Shown here one piece after another: positions 13,950-25,800 of a stretch of 64,000 nucleotides of DNA. The first letter of the stretch is position 1. The number at the start of each line of letters is the position of its first letter. Origin of the DNA: Mobula hypostoma (taxonomy: Eukaryota). The position numbers and the translations under genes were made by a program. Under the pieces are notes generated by a model. It was given only the letters and a program-made list of their open reading frames with translations. It was not told the DNA's origin and ran no database searches. The DNA lies in NCBI RefSeq assembly GCF_963921235.1, contig NC_086097.1, positions 179,678,001 to 179,742,000 of the forward strand, written 5' to 3'.

Positions 13950-14270
13950 TTCATTTGCTCATTCACAGGAGGCTGGGCATGTCATCAAACACTATAGTAA
14001 ACTTCTACAGAGGTACTGTTGAAAGTATTCTGAGTGGATACATCATCATCTGGTATGGCAACTCAAATGCACAAGAACATAAGAAACTGCAGAGCAGTGG
14101 ATTCAGCCAAATACATCATGGGTGCAGCCCTCCCCACCATCAACAGTATTTCTTGTCAATGTTGTTTATATGACGCTACGAGCCAGTGATGCTGGTACAA
14201 GTAAGTTTTTCATTGCACCAGTGCATGCACATCTTGTGCAGATGACAATAAACTCAACTTTGATTTTGAT
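13950..14270 (+). mobile_element. Rex1/Babar-like LINE 3' relic
   Basis: RRLGMSSNTIVNFYRGTVESILSGYIIIWYGNS peptide; the same family recurs at 24945-25500, 40370-40850 and 41990-42400. Confidence 0.6.
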
Positions 14271-15045
14271 GATTTAGTGGTACCAGGCAAGATCAGCATT
14301 TAATGCTGTTCTCCACTGCCTCTAAATGGTTACTGAACCAGTTCAGAGACCATTGTCTGAACCTATGTGCCTGTGATATTGCTACAAGCAAGTTTTTCAT
14401 TGTACCTCACTGTACCAACACACATGACAAAAACTTGGTTTGAGTTATCCACGTTGTGGGGAAGGACAACAGGTAGGAGCAGCTGGTTAACTTCCATGAA
14501 TCACATTAGTGAACCAGATGGGTTTCTATGACAATGCAATAACTTTTGATTTAGATTTATTGGAATTACTTAAATTTTATTTCTCCATTTTTTTGCTGTA
14601 GGATTTGAACTTTCCTTTGATCTCACAGACCGAGCATTGCTTCAGTAATTTAACCATGATTCCATCACATCCATAAGTCCTTATAATTCACACGTGTTTT
14701 AGTAGGGAAATAAATGCAGATGTACACTATGAACAAATTGCATTAAAGTCTTGTTCTGATGCCAGTAACTATATGAGGAACAGACATACTGGACTGGCAC
14801 TTTCATAGAGTTAAACAGCATGGAGAGAGGCCCCTTGTCCCAACTCATCCATGCTGACCAAGTTGTCTACTTCAGCTAGTCCCATTTACTTGTGTTTTAC
14901 CCATATCCCTCAACCTAAGTGCCTTTGAAACATTGTAATTGTACCCGGCTCTAATACTACCCCTGCCAGCTTGTTCCACTACCCACCAACGTCTCTGTAG
15001 AACACTTACCCCTCAGGTCCCCCTTCACTGTAAATCTTCCCCTTT

Positions 15046-18000
15046 CATAGAAACATAGAAAATAGGTGCAGGAGTAGGCCATTCGGCCCTTCGAGCCTGC
15101 ACCGCCATTTATTATGATCATGGCTGATCATCCAACTCAGAACCCAGCCTTCCCTCCATACCCCCTGACCCCTGTAGCCACAAGGGCCATATCTAACTTC
15201 CTTTTAAACATAGCTAATGAACTGGCCTCAACAGTTTGCTGTGGCAGAGAATTCCACAGATTCACCACTCTCTGTGTGAAGAAGTTTTTCCTAACCTCGG
15301 TCCTAAAAGGCTTCCCCTCTATCCTCAAACTGTGACCCCTCGTTCTAGACCTCCCCAACATCGGGAACAATCTTCCCGCATCTAGCCTGTCCAATCCCTT
15401 TAGGATCTTATACGTTTCAATCAGATCCCCCCTCAATCTTCTAAATTCCAACGAGTACAAGCCCAGTTCATCCAGTCTTTCTTCATATGAAAGACCTGCC
15501 ATCCCAGGAATCAATCTGGTGAACCTTCTTTGTACTCCCTCTATGGCAAAGATGTCTTTCCTCAGATTAGGGGACCAAAACTGCACACAATACTCCAGGT
15601 GTGGTCTCACCAAGGCCTTGTACAACTGCAGTAGTACCTCCCTGCTCCTGTACTCGAATCCTCTCGCTATAAATGCCAGCATACCGTTCGCCTTTTTCAC
15701 CGCCTGCTGTACCTGCATGCCCACTTTCAATGACTGGTGTATAATGACACCCAGGTCTCGTTGCACCTCCCCTTTTCCTAATCGGCCACCATTCAGATAA
15801 TAATCTGTTTTCCTATTTTTGCCACCAAAGTGGATAACTTCACATTTATCCACATTAAATTGCATCTGCCATGAGTTTGCCCACTCACCCAACCTATCCA
15901 AGTCACCCTGCATCCTCTTAGCATCCTCCTCACTGCTAACACTGCCACCCAGCTTTGTGTCATCCGCAAACTTGGAGATGCTGCATTTAATTCCCTCATC
16001 CAAGTCATTAATATATATTGTAAACAACTGGGGTCCCAGCACTGAGCCTTGCGGTACCCCACTAGTCACCGCCTGCCATTCTGAAAAGGTCCCGTTTATT
16101 CCCACTCTTTGCTTCCTGTCTGCTAACCAATTCTCCACCCACACCAATACCTTACCCCCAATACCGTGTGCTTTAAGTTTGCACACTAATCTCCTGTGTG
16201 GGACCTTGTCAAAAGCCTTTTGAAAATCCAAATATACCACATCCACTGGTTCTCCCCTATCCACTCTACTAGTTACATCCTCAAAAAATTCTATGAGATT
16301 CGTCAGACATGATTTTCCTTTCACAAATCCATGCTGACTTTGTCCGATCATTTCACCGCTTTCCAAATGTGCTGTTATCACATCCTTGATAACTGACTCC
16401 AGCAGTTTCCCCACCACCGACGTTAGGCTAACCGGCCTATAATTCCCCGGTTTCTCTCTCCCTCCTTTTTTAAAAAGTGGGGTTACATTAGCCACCCTCC
16501 AATCCTCAGGAACTAGTCCAGAATCTAACGAGTTTTGAAAAATTATCACTAATGCATCCACTATTTCTTGGGCCACTTCCTTAAGCACTCTGGGATGCAG
16601 ACCATCTGGCCCTGGGGATTTATCTGCCTTCAATCCCTTCAATTTACCTAACACCACTTCCCTACTAACATGTATTTCGCTCAGTTCCTCCATCTCACTG
16701 GACCCTCTGTCCCTTACTATTTCTGGAAGATTATTTATGTCCTCCTTAGTGAAGACAGAACCAAAGTAATTATTCAATTGGTCTGCCATGTCCTTGCTCC
16801 CCATAATCAATTCACCTGTTTCTGTTTGCAGGGGACCTACATTTGTCTTTATCAGTCTTTTCCTTTTTACATATCTATAACAGCTTTTACAGTCCGTTTT
16901 TATGTTCTCTGCCAGTTTTCTCTCATAATCTTTTTTCCCCTTCCTAATTAAGCCCTTTGTCCTCCTCTGCTGAACTCTGAATTTCTCCCAGTCCTCAGGT
17001 GAGCCACTTTCTCTGGCTAATTTGTATGCTACTTCTTTGGAATTGATACTATCCCTAATTTCTCTTGTCAGCCACGGGTGCACTACCTTCCTTGATTTAT
17101 TCTTTTGCCAAACTGGGATGAACAATTGTTGTAGTTCATCCATGCAACCTTTAAATGCCTGCCATTGCATATCCACCGTCAATCCTTGAAGTGTCATTTG
17201 CCAGTCTATCTTAGCTAATTCACGTCTCATACCTTCAAAGTTACCCCTCTTTAAGTTCAGAACCTTTGTTTCTGAATTAACTACGTCACTCTCCATGTTA
17301 ATGAAGAATTCCACCATATTATGGTCACTCTTACCCAAGGGGCCTCTCACGACAAGATCGCTAATTAACCCTTCCTCATTGCTCAAAACCCAGTCCAGAA
17401 TAGCCTGCTCTCTAGTCAGTTCCTCGACATGTTGGTTCAAAAAACCATCCCGCATACATTCCAAGAAATCCTCTTCCTCAGCACCTTTACCAATTTGGTT
17501 CACCCAGTCTACATGTAGATTGAAGTCACCCATTATAACTGCTGTTCCTTTATTGCACACATTTCTAATTTCCTGTTTAATACCATCTCCGACCTCACTA
17601 CTACTGTTAGGTGGCCTGTACACAACTCCCACCAGCGTCTTCTGCCCCTTAGTGTTACGCAGCTCTACCCATATCGATTCCACATCTTCCCGGCTTATGT
17701 CCTTCCTTTCTATTGCGTTAATCTCTTTTTTAACCAGCAACGCCACCCCACCTCCCCTTCCTTCATGTCTATCCCTCCTGAATATTGAATATCCCTGAAC
17801 GTTGAGCTCCCATCCCTGGTCACCCTGGAGCCATGTCTCTGTGATCCCAACTATATCATAATCATTAATAACAATCTGCACTTTCAATTCATCCACCTTA
17901 TTACGAATGCTCCTTGCATTGACACATAAAGCCTTCAGGCGCTCTTTTACAACTCTCTTAGCCCTTTTTAATGCTTGCCCTGGATTTGTCGGCCTGCCAC

Positions 18001-18146
18001 TTTTACTTTTCCCCTTTGTACTTTTTGCTTCTACGCTCACTTTACACCCCTCTGTCTCTCTGCACTGGTTCCCATCCCTCTGTTGTGAACTAACCTCCTC
18101 ACACCTAGCCGCTTTAATTTGATTCCCACCCCCCAACCATTCTAGT
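15046..18146 (-). mobile_element. Young CR1-clade LINE, 5'-truncated near the ORF1/ORF2 boundary, with 3' UTR and (TTCTATGT)-type tail
   Basis: Contains an uninterrupted ORF2; 3' terminus ...CCTATTTTCTATGTTTCTATG; near-identical 3' fragment at 46403-46720. Confidence 0.95.
15137..18136 (-). CDS. CR1 LINE ORF2: APE endonuclease + reverse transcriptase, 999 codons open
   Basis: EN motifs NARSIRNK, ITETWL, YRPP, GDFN, SDH; RT motifs PGPDG, YRPVSLTS, QHGF, LDFQKAFD, GVPQGSVLGP, FADD. Confidence 0.93.
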   Translation of the reverse strand: MGGGNQIKAARCEEVSSQQRDGNQCRETEGCKVSVEAKSTKGKSKSGRPTNPGQALKRAKRVVKERLKALCVNARSIRNKVDELKVQIVINDYDIVGITETWLQGDQGWELNVQGYSIFRRDRHEGRGGGVALLVKKEINAIERKDISREDVESIWVELRNTKGQKTLVGVVYRPPNSSSEVGDGIKQEIRNVCNKGTAVIMGDFNLHVDWVNQIGKGAEEEDFLECMRDGFLNQHVEELTREQAILDWVLSNEEGLISDLVVRGPLGKSDHNMVEFFINMESDVVNSETKVLNLKRGNFEGMRRELAKIDWQMTLQGLTVDMQWQAFKGCMDELQQLFIPVWQKNKSRKVVHPWLTREIRDSINSKEVAYKLARESGSPEDWEKFRVQQRRTKGLIRKGKKDYERKLAENIKTDCKSCYRYVKRKRLIKTNVGPLQTETGELIMGSKDMADQLNNYFGSVFTKEDINNLPEIVRDRGSSEMEELSEIHVSREVVLGKLKGLKADKSPGPDGLHPRVLKEVAQEIVDALVIIFQNSLDSGLVPEDWRVANVTPLFKKGGREKPGNYRPVSLTSVVGKLLESVIKDVITAHLESGEMIGQSQHGFVKGKSCLTNLIEFFEDVTSRVDRGEPVDVVYLDFQKAFDKVPHRRLVCKLKAHGIGGKVLVWVENWLADRKQRVGINGTFSEWQAVTSGVPQGSVLGPQLFTIYINDLDEGIKCSISKFADDTKLGGSVSSEEDAKRMQGDLDRLGEWANSWQMQFNVDKCEVIHFGGKNRKTDYYLNGGRLGKGEVQRDLGVIIHQSLKVGMQVQQAVKKANGMLAFIARGFEYRSREVLLQLYKALVRPHLEYCVQFWSPNLRKDIFAIEGVQRRFTRLIPGMAGLSYEERLDELGLYSLEFRRLRGDLIETYKILKGLDRLDAGRLFPMLGRSRTRGHSLRIEGKPFRTEVRKNFFTQRVVNLWNSLPQQTVEASSLAMFKRKLDMALVATGVRGYGGKAGF

Positions 18147-18389
18147 TCTATTTCTATTTCTCCTTAGATCCTCTCATTCAATTATTGATACCGAGTTCAG
18201 AGAGCAGGGGTAAGATGAGATGGGGAAAGGGAGGAGAAAACATGGAGGCTATTCAGCCCTTTAATCCTAGTCTACCATTCAATATGTCCAAAGTTGATAA
18301 TCCAAGTTCATTCTCCTTGTCCGCTCCATATCCCTGAATCCCTCTATTCTTAAGGACAATATCTAATTCCTTCTTGAATATATATTCAC

Positions 18390-18770
18390 CCATCTAGGTG
18401 CCTTTTGACCCCTTCTCTTCTCCCACCTATTACTTCTGGTTCCCCACCTCTTTCCCCTTTTTCATGGTCCACTGTCTTCTCCTATTAAATTTCTTCTTCT
18501 TCAGCCCTTTACCTCTTCCACCTTTCTCCCCCCAACTTATTAACTTCATCCCATCTCAGCCATCCACCCACCTTGCCCCTCACCTGGTTGCACCTATCAC
18601 CTGCCAACTTTTACTACCCACCTCAGCTCACCTTCTTACTTTGGCTTCTGTCCCCTTCTTTTCCAGTCCTGATGAAGGGTGTCAGTCCAAAACATTGACT
18701 GTTTATTCCCGTCCATAGATGCTGCTTGACCTGTTGAATTGCTCCAGCAGTTTGTGTGTGTTGCTCTTCA
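18390..18770 (+). mobile_element. Old Penelope-like 3' fragment with degenerate hammerhead (18664-18701)
   Basis: cagtc-ctgatga-agggtgtcagtcc-aaaa-catt-gactg followed by catagatgctgcttgacctg, as in the other copies. Confidence 0.65.
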
Positions 18771-19038
18771 ACATATTAAATGGTTTTAGTGGCTGAGAAT
18801 ACCATTAGTTCATAACTCACATGGAAGGCAAACTTCTCCTCACCTCAGTCCTCAGACTAATTGTCAGATTGTCCATTCCATCCCATTACATCACAAACAT
18901 TTTGGCTTCCTTCAGCGTAGTTGCTGCTTCACAGCATTAATTTAACTCACTGTCTCAGCCAAGCTGCAAGGAGCCAGTACTGGTCTACTACTCATCAAAA
19001 TTCAAAACTTCAGAATAAATTTATTATCAAAGTACATA

Positions 19039-20674
19039 CAGTTGAAGTCAGGAGTTTACATACACCTTAACCAAATACATTTAAACTCAGTTTTTCCACA
19101 ATTCCTGACATTTAATCCCAGAAAACATTCCCTGTCTTAGGTCAGTTAGAATCACTATTTTAAGAATGTGAAATGTCAGAATAATAGTAGAGAGAATGAT
19201 TTATTTCAGCTTTTATTTCTTTCATCACTTTCCCAGTGGGTCAGAAGTTTACATACACTTTGTTAGTATTTGGTAACATTGCCTTTAAATTGTTTAACTT
19301 GGGTCAAACGTTTTGGGTAGCCTCCCACAAGCTTCTCACAGTACGTTGCTGGAATTTTGTTTCATTCCTCCAGACAAAACTGGTGTACCTGAGTCAGGTT
19401 TGTAGGCCTCCTTGGTTGCATATGCTTTTTCAGTTCTGCCCACAAATTTTCTATCGGATTGAGGTCAGGGCTTTGTGATGGCCACTCCAATACCTTGACT
19501 TTGTTGTCCTTAAGCAATTTTGCCACAACTTTGGAGGTATGCTTGGGGTCATTGCCCATTTGGAAGACCCATTTACAACCAAGCTTTAACTTCCTGGCTG
19601 ATGCCTTGAGATGTTGCTTCAATATATCCACATAATTTTCCTTCCTCATGATGCCATCTATTTTGTGAAGTGCACCAGTCCCTCCTGTAGCAAAGCACCC
19701 CCACAATATGATGTTGCCACCCCCATGTTTCACGGTTGGGATGGTGTTCTTCAGCTTGCAAGCCTCACCCTTTTCCCTCCAAACATAACGATGGTCATTA
19801 TGGCAAAACAGTTCAATTTTTGTTTCATCAGACCAGAGGACATTTCTCCAAAAAGTAAGATCTTTGTCCCCATGTGCACTTGCAAACTGTAGTCTGGCTT
19901 TTTAATGGCGGTTTTGGAGCAGTGGCTTCTTCCTTGCTGAGCAGCCTTACAGGTTATGTCGATATAGGATTCGTTTTACTGTGGATATAGATATTTTGTT
20001 TACCTGCTTCCTCCAGCATCTTCACAAGGTCCTTTGCTGTTGTTCTGGGATTGATTTACACTTTTCACGCCAAAGTATGTTCATCTCTAGGAGAGAGAAT
20101 GCGTCTCCTTCCTGAGCGGTATGACGGCCGCATGGTCCCATGGTGTTTATACTTACATACTATTGTTTGTACAGATGAACGTGGTACCTTCAGGTGTTTG
20201 TAAATTGCTCCCAAGGATGAACCAGACTTGACATCATTTTCTGACCTCAATCTGATAGAAAATTTGTGGGCAGAACTGAAAAAGCGTGTGCGAGCAAGGA
20301 GGCCTACAAACCTGACTCAGTTAAACCAGTTCTGTCTGGAGGAACAGAACAAAATTCCAGCAAATTACTGTGAGAAGCTTGTGGAAGGCTATCCAAAACG
20401 TTTGACCCAAGTTAAACAATTTAAAGGCAATGCTACCAAATACTAACAAAGTGTATGTAAACTTCTGACCCACTGGGAAAGTGATGAAAGAAATAAAAGC
20501 TGAAATAAATCATTCTCTCTACTATTATTCTGACATCTCACATTCTTAAAATAATGTAGTGATCCTAACTGACCTAAGACAGGGAATGTTTTCTCGGATT
20601 AAATGTCAGGAATTGTGAAAAACTAAGTTTAAATGTATTTGGCTAAGGTGTATGTAAAGTTCTGACTTCAACTG
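19039..20674 (-). mobile_element. Sleeping Beauty (salmonid Tc1 IR/DR)-family transposon, defective, rearranged with two right ends
   Basis: TA|CAGTTGAAGTC...GACTTCAACTG|TA; inner DRs at 19234-19259 and 20450-20475; transposase remnants KSGSSLGAI, WSDETKIE, KHGGG, EWPSQSPDLNPIENLW, KGNATKY*. Confidence 0.95.
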
Positions 20675-21269
20675 TATATGTCACCATATACAACCGAGAC
20701 TCATTTTCTTGCGGGTGTACACAGTAAATCCAAGAAACATACTGTAAGAGAATCAATGAAAGACTGCACCAACAGGAAGGACAATCAGCGTGCGAAAGAC
20801 AACAAACTGTGCAAATACAAAAGAAAGAAAAAAAGAAATAAATAACAACAACAACAACAAGTAAATAAATAAGTGTCAAGAACATGAGACAAAGAGTCCT
20901 TGAAAGTGAGGCCATAGCTTGTGGGAACGTTTCAGAGATGGGGCAAGTGAAGTTGAGTGAAGTTATCCCACATGTTCAAGAGGCTGATGGCCGATAATTG
21001 TTCCTGAACCTGATGGTGTGAATCCTGAGGCTGCTGTACTACCTTCTGATGGCAGCAGTGAGAAAAGAGCATGGCCTGCGTGGTGGGGGTCCTTGATAGA
21101 TGCTGCTTTCCTGCGATAGCGCTCCATGTAGATGACATAAACAATGACTCACAAGAGAGAACACCCTCTTCACACCTATGCCATCAAGACCCGTCAGGCT
21201 ATATTTCAGACGAATTTTCTTCCTCTCTTCTGAACAAGTCAAACTTGTCTAGCTTTTCCCCATTACACA

Positions 21270-22200
21270 AGAAGGCTTTGACGCGGTGCACTAGTCTTCC
21301 TCAGTCGGGGAATTGAGTATAGAAGCTGGGAGGTTATGCTGCAGTTGTACAACACAAGGGTGATGCCCCACTTGGAGTATTATGTTTTGGTCACCCTGCT
21401 GTAGGAAAGACATTATTCAACTGGAAAGAATGCATAACAGATTTACAAGGGTGTCGCTGGGATTTGGGGAACGGACTTATAGGGTAGAGGCTGAGCAGGT
21501 TGGGACATTCCTGGAGTGTAGGAGAACAAGATATATAAAATTCTGAGTGGTATACATAGGGTGAATGCGAGCCTTCCCCCCCCCCCCCCCAGAGGTTGGG
21601 TGAGATTAGAACGAGATGTCATGGGTTTAGGGTGAAAGGTGAGGAATATTCAAGGGATATCTGAGGAGGGACTTCATCCAGAGAGTGATGCGACTGTGAA
21701 TGAGCTGCCCATGGAGGTGGTAGATGTGTATTTAATTGTAACATTTAAGAGCAGCTTGGATAAGTACGGATGAGAGCAGTTTGGAGGGTTATGGTCCATA
21801 TGCAGGTAAATGTGATTAAGCAGAATATGAGCTTGGTACAGACTAGATGGCTGAATGGTCAGTTTTGTGCTGCACTACTCTATGATCCTATGAGACTGAA
21901 AGGTGATATATAGAAGTGTATAAAATCATGAGGGACAGAGAAAGGGTCAGTCTCTTTCCCAGGGTAGGGGAAACAAGAATTAGAAGGCACAGGTTTAAGG
22001 TAAAAAGGAAATATGAATCTGAAGGGCAACATCTTGCACATAAAGGGTAGTCAATATATGGAATGAACTACCAGAAGAAGTGGTTGAGGCAGGTACAGTA
22101 ATCGTTTTTAAAAGGTACTTGGACAGGAATGAGAGATTGGAAGGACCTGGCTCAAATGGAACTATCTTGGATCAGCATAAACCATTTGGGCTGAAGGGCC
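21270..22200 (+). mobile_element. Two tandem old CR1 3' fragments
   Basis: cacttggagtat..., ggtttagggtgaaaggtga and CR1-type 3' UTR remnants. Confidence 0.6.
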
Positions 22201-22357
22201 AGCTTCCATGCTGCATCTCTCTTCTACGATTCTAATCCTGTTTTCCCATCTCTCCTGTTTCTATCAGGCAACCAGAAGGAAACATATCCTACCCTGGTGG
22301 TTTCAAAACCTCCCCCAGAAAGAATTCCTAAAAAGCTTCTATAATAACCGAATCAAG

Positions 22358-22363
22358 TTTATT
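22358..22363 (-). terminator. Candidate LAMA3 polyadenylation signal AATAAA (alternative ATTAAA at 22512-22517)
   Basis: First canonical AATAAA on the minus strand, ~335 nt past the stop codon, in AT-rich non-repeat sequence. Confidence 0.55.
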
Positions 22364-22697
22364 TTAAATAGTTTGCATATTAATCATTCAAGTATAAAAA
22401 TATAAAATTAGCAGCAAAATTTAGTAATATATTTGGCCCCACAGAGTACAGCACCAGTTAGGAAATAAAATACTTGAATCATTTTTCACAGAGTTAGTGG
22501 GTCTTTTCTTGTTTAATAGTAAAATAATTGCAGTTACTTTAAGCCAAACATAAATGCATCAAAATCACTGGACTAACCTAGAAAAATGCAAATCTGAGTT
22601 ACAATAAATTAATAGTTCTGCGTCTTGATAGAGATTCAGTCATCTATTGGCAACAAGTGCAAGTAATTATCTTCAGAGGCGCGGCAGTAATGATGAT

Positions 22698-22843
22698 TTA
22701 CACTGCAGGACACTGAGTAACGCTGACAGCACCTTGAACTGCTGTGGGTTTCCTGAGCGATACTGGCTTCACGTTGACCATTACATTCATCATACAGCCA
22801 ATGAATGAAGAGCGGGATGGGATGTGAGGTACCTGTACACCAT
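22698..22843 (-). CDS. LAMA3: LAMA3 terminal coding exon 24/24
   Basis: tgcag|(D)[20 protein letters not shown]...[13 protein letters not shown]; typical laminin alpha C-terminus. Confidence 0.92.
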
Positions 22844-25800
22844 CTGCAAGGTGAGAATGAGAGAAGGGCATTAGAACAAAATAGCATGGAACGCAGAAAG
22901 TGCCCAGTCCCTGCCTCACCATTCCCAACACCTCTCGATACTGGCTGTCTTTCTTCTAGAATGCTGAGAAGATTTACGAGGACGTTGCCAGGACTAGAGG
23001 GCCTGAGTTATAGGGAGAGGTTGGTCAAGCTGGAATGTTGGAGAATGAGGAGCGACCTTATTGAAATGTTTATATTTCTAAGGGACATTGATAAGGTGGA
23101 TGGTTACAGTATTTGTCCCAGGGTAGGGAGTTGAAAACAAGGGAGCGCAGATAGAGGGCAAGAGGGAAAGATTTAAAAGGGACCCAAGGTGTAAATATTT
23201 TATGCTGGGAGTGGTGAGGAGATGGGATGAGCTGCCAGAGGAAGAGGTTGAGACAGGTACAATAGTATCGTTTAAGAAGCGCTTGGATAGGTACCTGGAG
23301 AGGTGGAACTTGGAGGAATATGGACTCAATACAGGGAATTGGGACTAGCTAGGTTGGCACTGTGGTTGCCATGGACTAGTTGGGCTGAAGGGCATAAATG
23401 TGTGCTAAATTGCTCTATAACTACACTCTAGTCCTGGTACAGGATTCTCAAGTGAAATGCCAACCGATGCTGCTTAACTTGCTGAGTTCCTCCAACACTT
23501 GTTTTCCCTTTGCTCCATTATTTTTAAATCCTTAGTTCTATATTCTTCCACAAGAGGAAAAGTTTGGGCCAAAGGGTGGCTTACTAGTGAACTATCGTTT
23601 ATTAGTGTTATTACATTTTTCACTTTATACAGTGATACATCACGGAAGGGCCCTTCAAATCACATTCAGGCTGGCCATCAAGCATCCATTCACACCAATT
23701 CCAGTTTATTCTCCACACATTCCCTCTATACCAATCCATTTCACCAACACTTGGTTTGTTGCCTTCTTCGCTTTGGCTAATCAAGTACTTGTCTAGACAC
23801 CTCTGAAGCAATCTGCTGGAGAAACACAGTCGATCAAACAACATTGGGGGGGGGGGTGCGCAGGGAAGAAATTGTCAATGTTTTGGGTCAGGACTGAAAC
23901 TACTATTTTGGAGGGAGAGGAGGTGACCTTTCCCTGTGTCCTAGATCCATAAATATTCAAGGCACAGAAAGAAGCAACTCCAGAAATCCCTCGCAAAATT
24001 AGGGGTATCTGTGATAGGGTGGAGTCATGGAGTCCTACAGCACAGATATTGGTCCTTCAGCCCAACTGGTCCATGTCAACAAAATGCCCATCTAAGCTAG
24101 TCCATTTGCCTGTGTTTGGCCATGAACCTGCTGTCCATGTAGCTATCTAAGTACAGTATCTTATAAAGTGTGTTACTGTATCTACCTCTACCCCTTCCTT
24201 GGCAGCTTATTCCATGTACATACCAGCCTTTGTGTAAATAAGTTGCCCCTCAGATTCCTATTAAATCTCTTCCCTCTCATCTTAAACTGATGTCCTCTAG
24301 TTCTTGATTCTCCAATTCTGGGAAGAGAATTGTGCATATTCACATTATCGATGCCCCCATGTTCTCATACATCTCTGTGAGATAATCTCTCAATCTTCTG
24401 CTCCAATGAATAAATATTTTGATTAAATCTCCTCTCAGCCTCCTTTATTACAAAGAAGTTCACTCTAGCTGAGAGAATCTATCCTCATAATTAAAATTCT
24501 AATCTCCGATCTCTTTCTACAATAAAGCCTTATACCTACTCTCACTAAAATTCAGCCTTGGCCTTAGTATCTTTTTCTGTTGCTGTGTCAAATTCTGTTT
24601 TATATTTGCACCTTGGCATAATTTAAATTTGCTGTATAATTCAATTGTCATCAGAATGCCTGCGAGTGTTAGTGTGCAATGATAGAAATAGTCAACCATT
24701 TTAAACTTGAAGGGAACACTGATTTTTACTTCAGTAACAAGAACACTACCTGGCAAGCCTCCAACGTAGAGAGGGTCTGCTGTGTCGGTGGAGAGTGAAG
24801 CCGAGGGTCCAACAACATGGTCACGTTCAGTGTCCACATCAAGCTGTACCACGTTATTTCTTTTAATCACTGTTTTAGAATTTAAAAAAAACATTTGAAC
24901 GACTACAGTGTTAACATTCTGTGACAGCTGACTTCTGGCATTTCACTTCTACAGGTGTACGTCGGAAGCATCCTGACTGGTTGCATTATTGTTGGGTACG
25001 GCAATTCGAATGAGCAGGAAGATAGGAAGCTGCCGGGAGAAGTGGACTCTGCCCACTACACCACAGGCACATCCCTCCCCACAATCAGTAGTACTTACGG
25101 GCGGCACTGCCTCAATAGGGCAACGTGCATTGTCAATGATCCCCACCATCTGGACCATGTTACCTTCTTGCAGCTACCATCAGGCAGGAGGTACAGAAAA
25201 CAGAAGTCCCACATCACCAGGTTCAAGAACAGCTGCCTCCCTTCAACTGTTCAGTTCTTGAACCAACCAGCAGAACCCTAATCACTACAGTTTAGACATA
25301 GTATGAGTACTTCAATCACTTTGCACTAAAATGGACTTTTGTTCTGATTGTGATTTATTTTTCTTGTAAAAGTTGCATATAATTTCTGTTATCCTTGTAA
25401 CTGCTGCTTATGTGATGCACTGTACCTCAAGTTGTAAATAAAATAATCATTGCCTCTGTGCATATATGTACTTGTGCATATGACAATTAACTCTACAGTG
25501 ACACTAACAGCTTTGGAAATAAACATTCTCACCTGCTATTCTGTGCCACTGTCCGTCACACAGTGAGGGTGGTGTGACAGATGTGTTGAAGTCCCCTGCT
25601 CCATTATTAACATGGACTGTAACCTGTCGACAAAATCAGAGCATGTTTCATAAGATATAGGAGCAAAATTAGGCCTGCCATTCAATAAGGCAGATGGATT
25701 TCAAGTCTATTGTCCCGCCTTAAACCGGTTACCAATCATGAACCTCTCAGCTTCTGACTGATATGCACTCAATGGTTTGGCCCCTACAGCCATCTGTAGC

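Noticed and set aside
15519..18122. Several overlapping/antisense ORFs within the CR1
   Set aside because: Shadow frames of ORF2
20228..20446. Separate second transposon on the plus strand
   Set aside because: No independent left end or TA at the junction; it is the inverted arm of the single TA-flanked element
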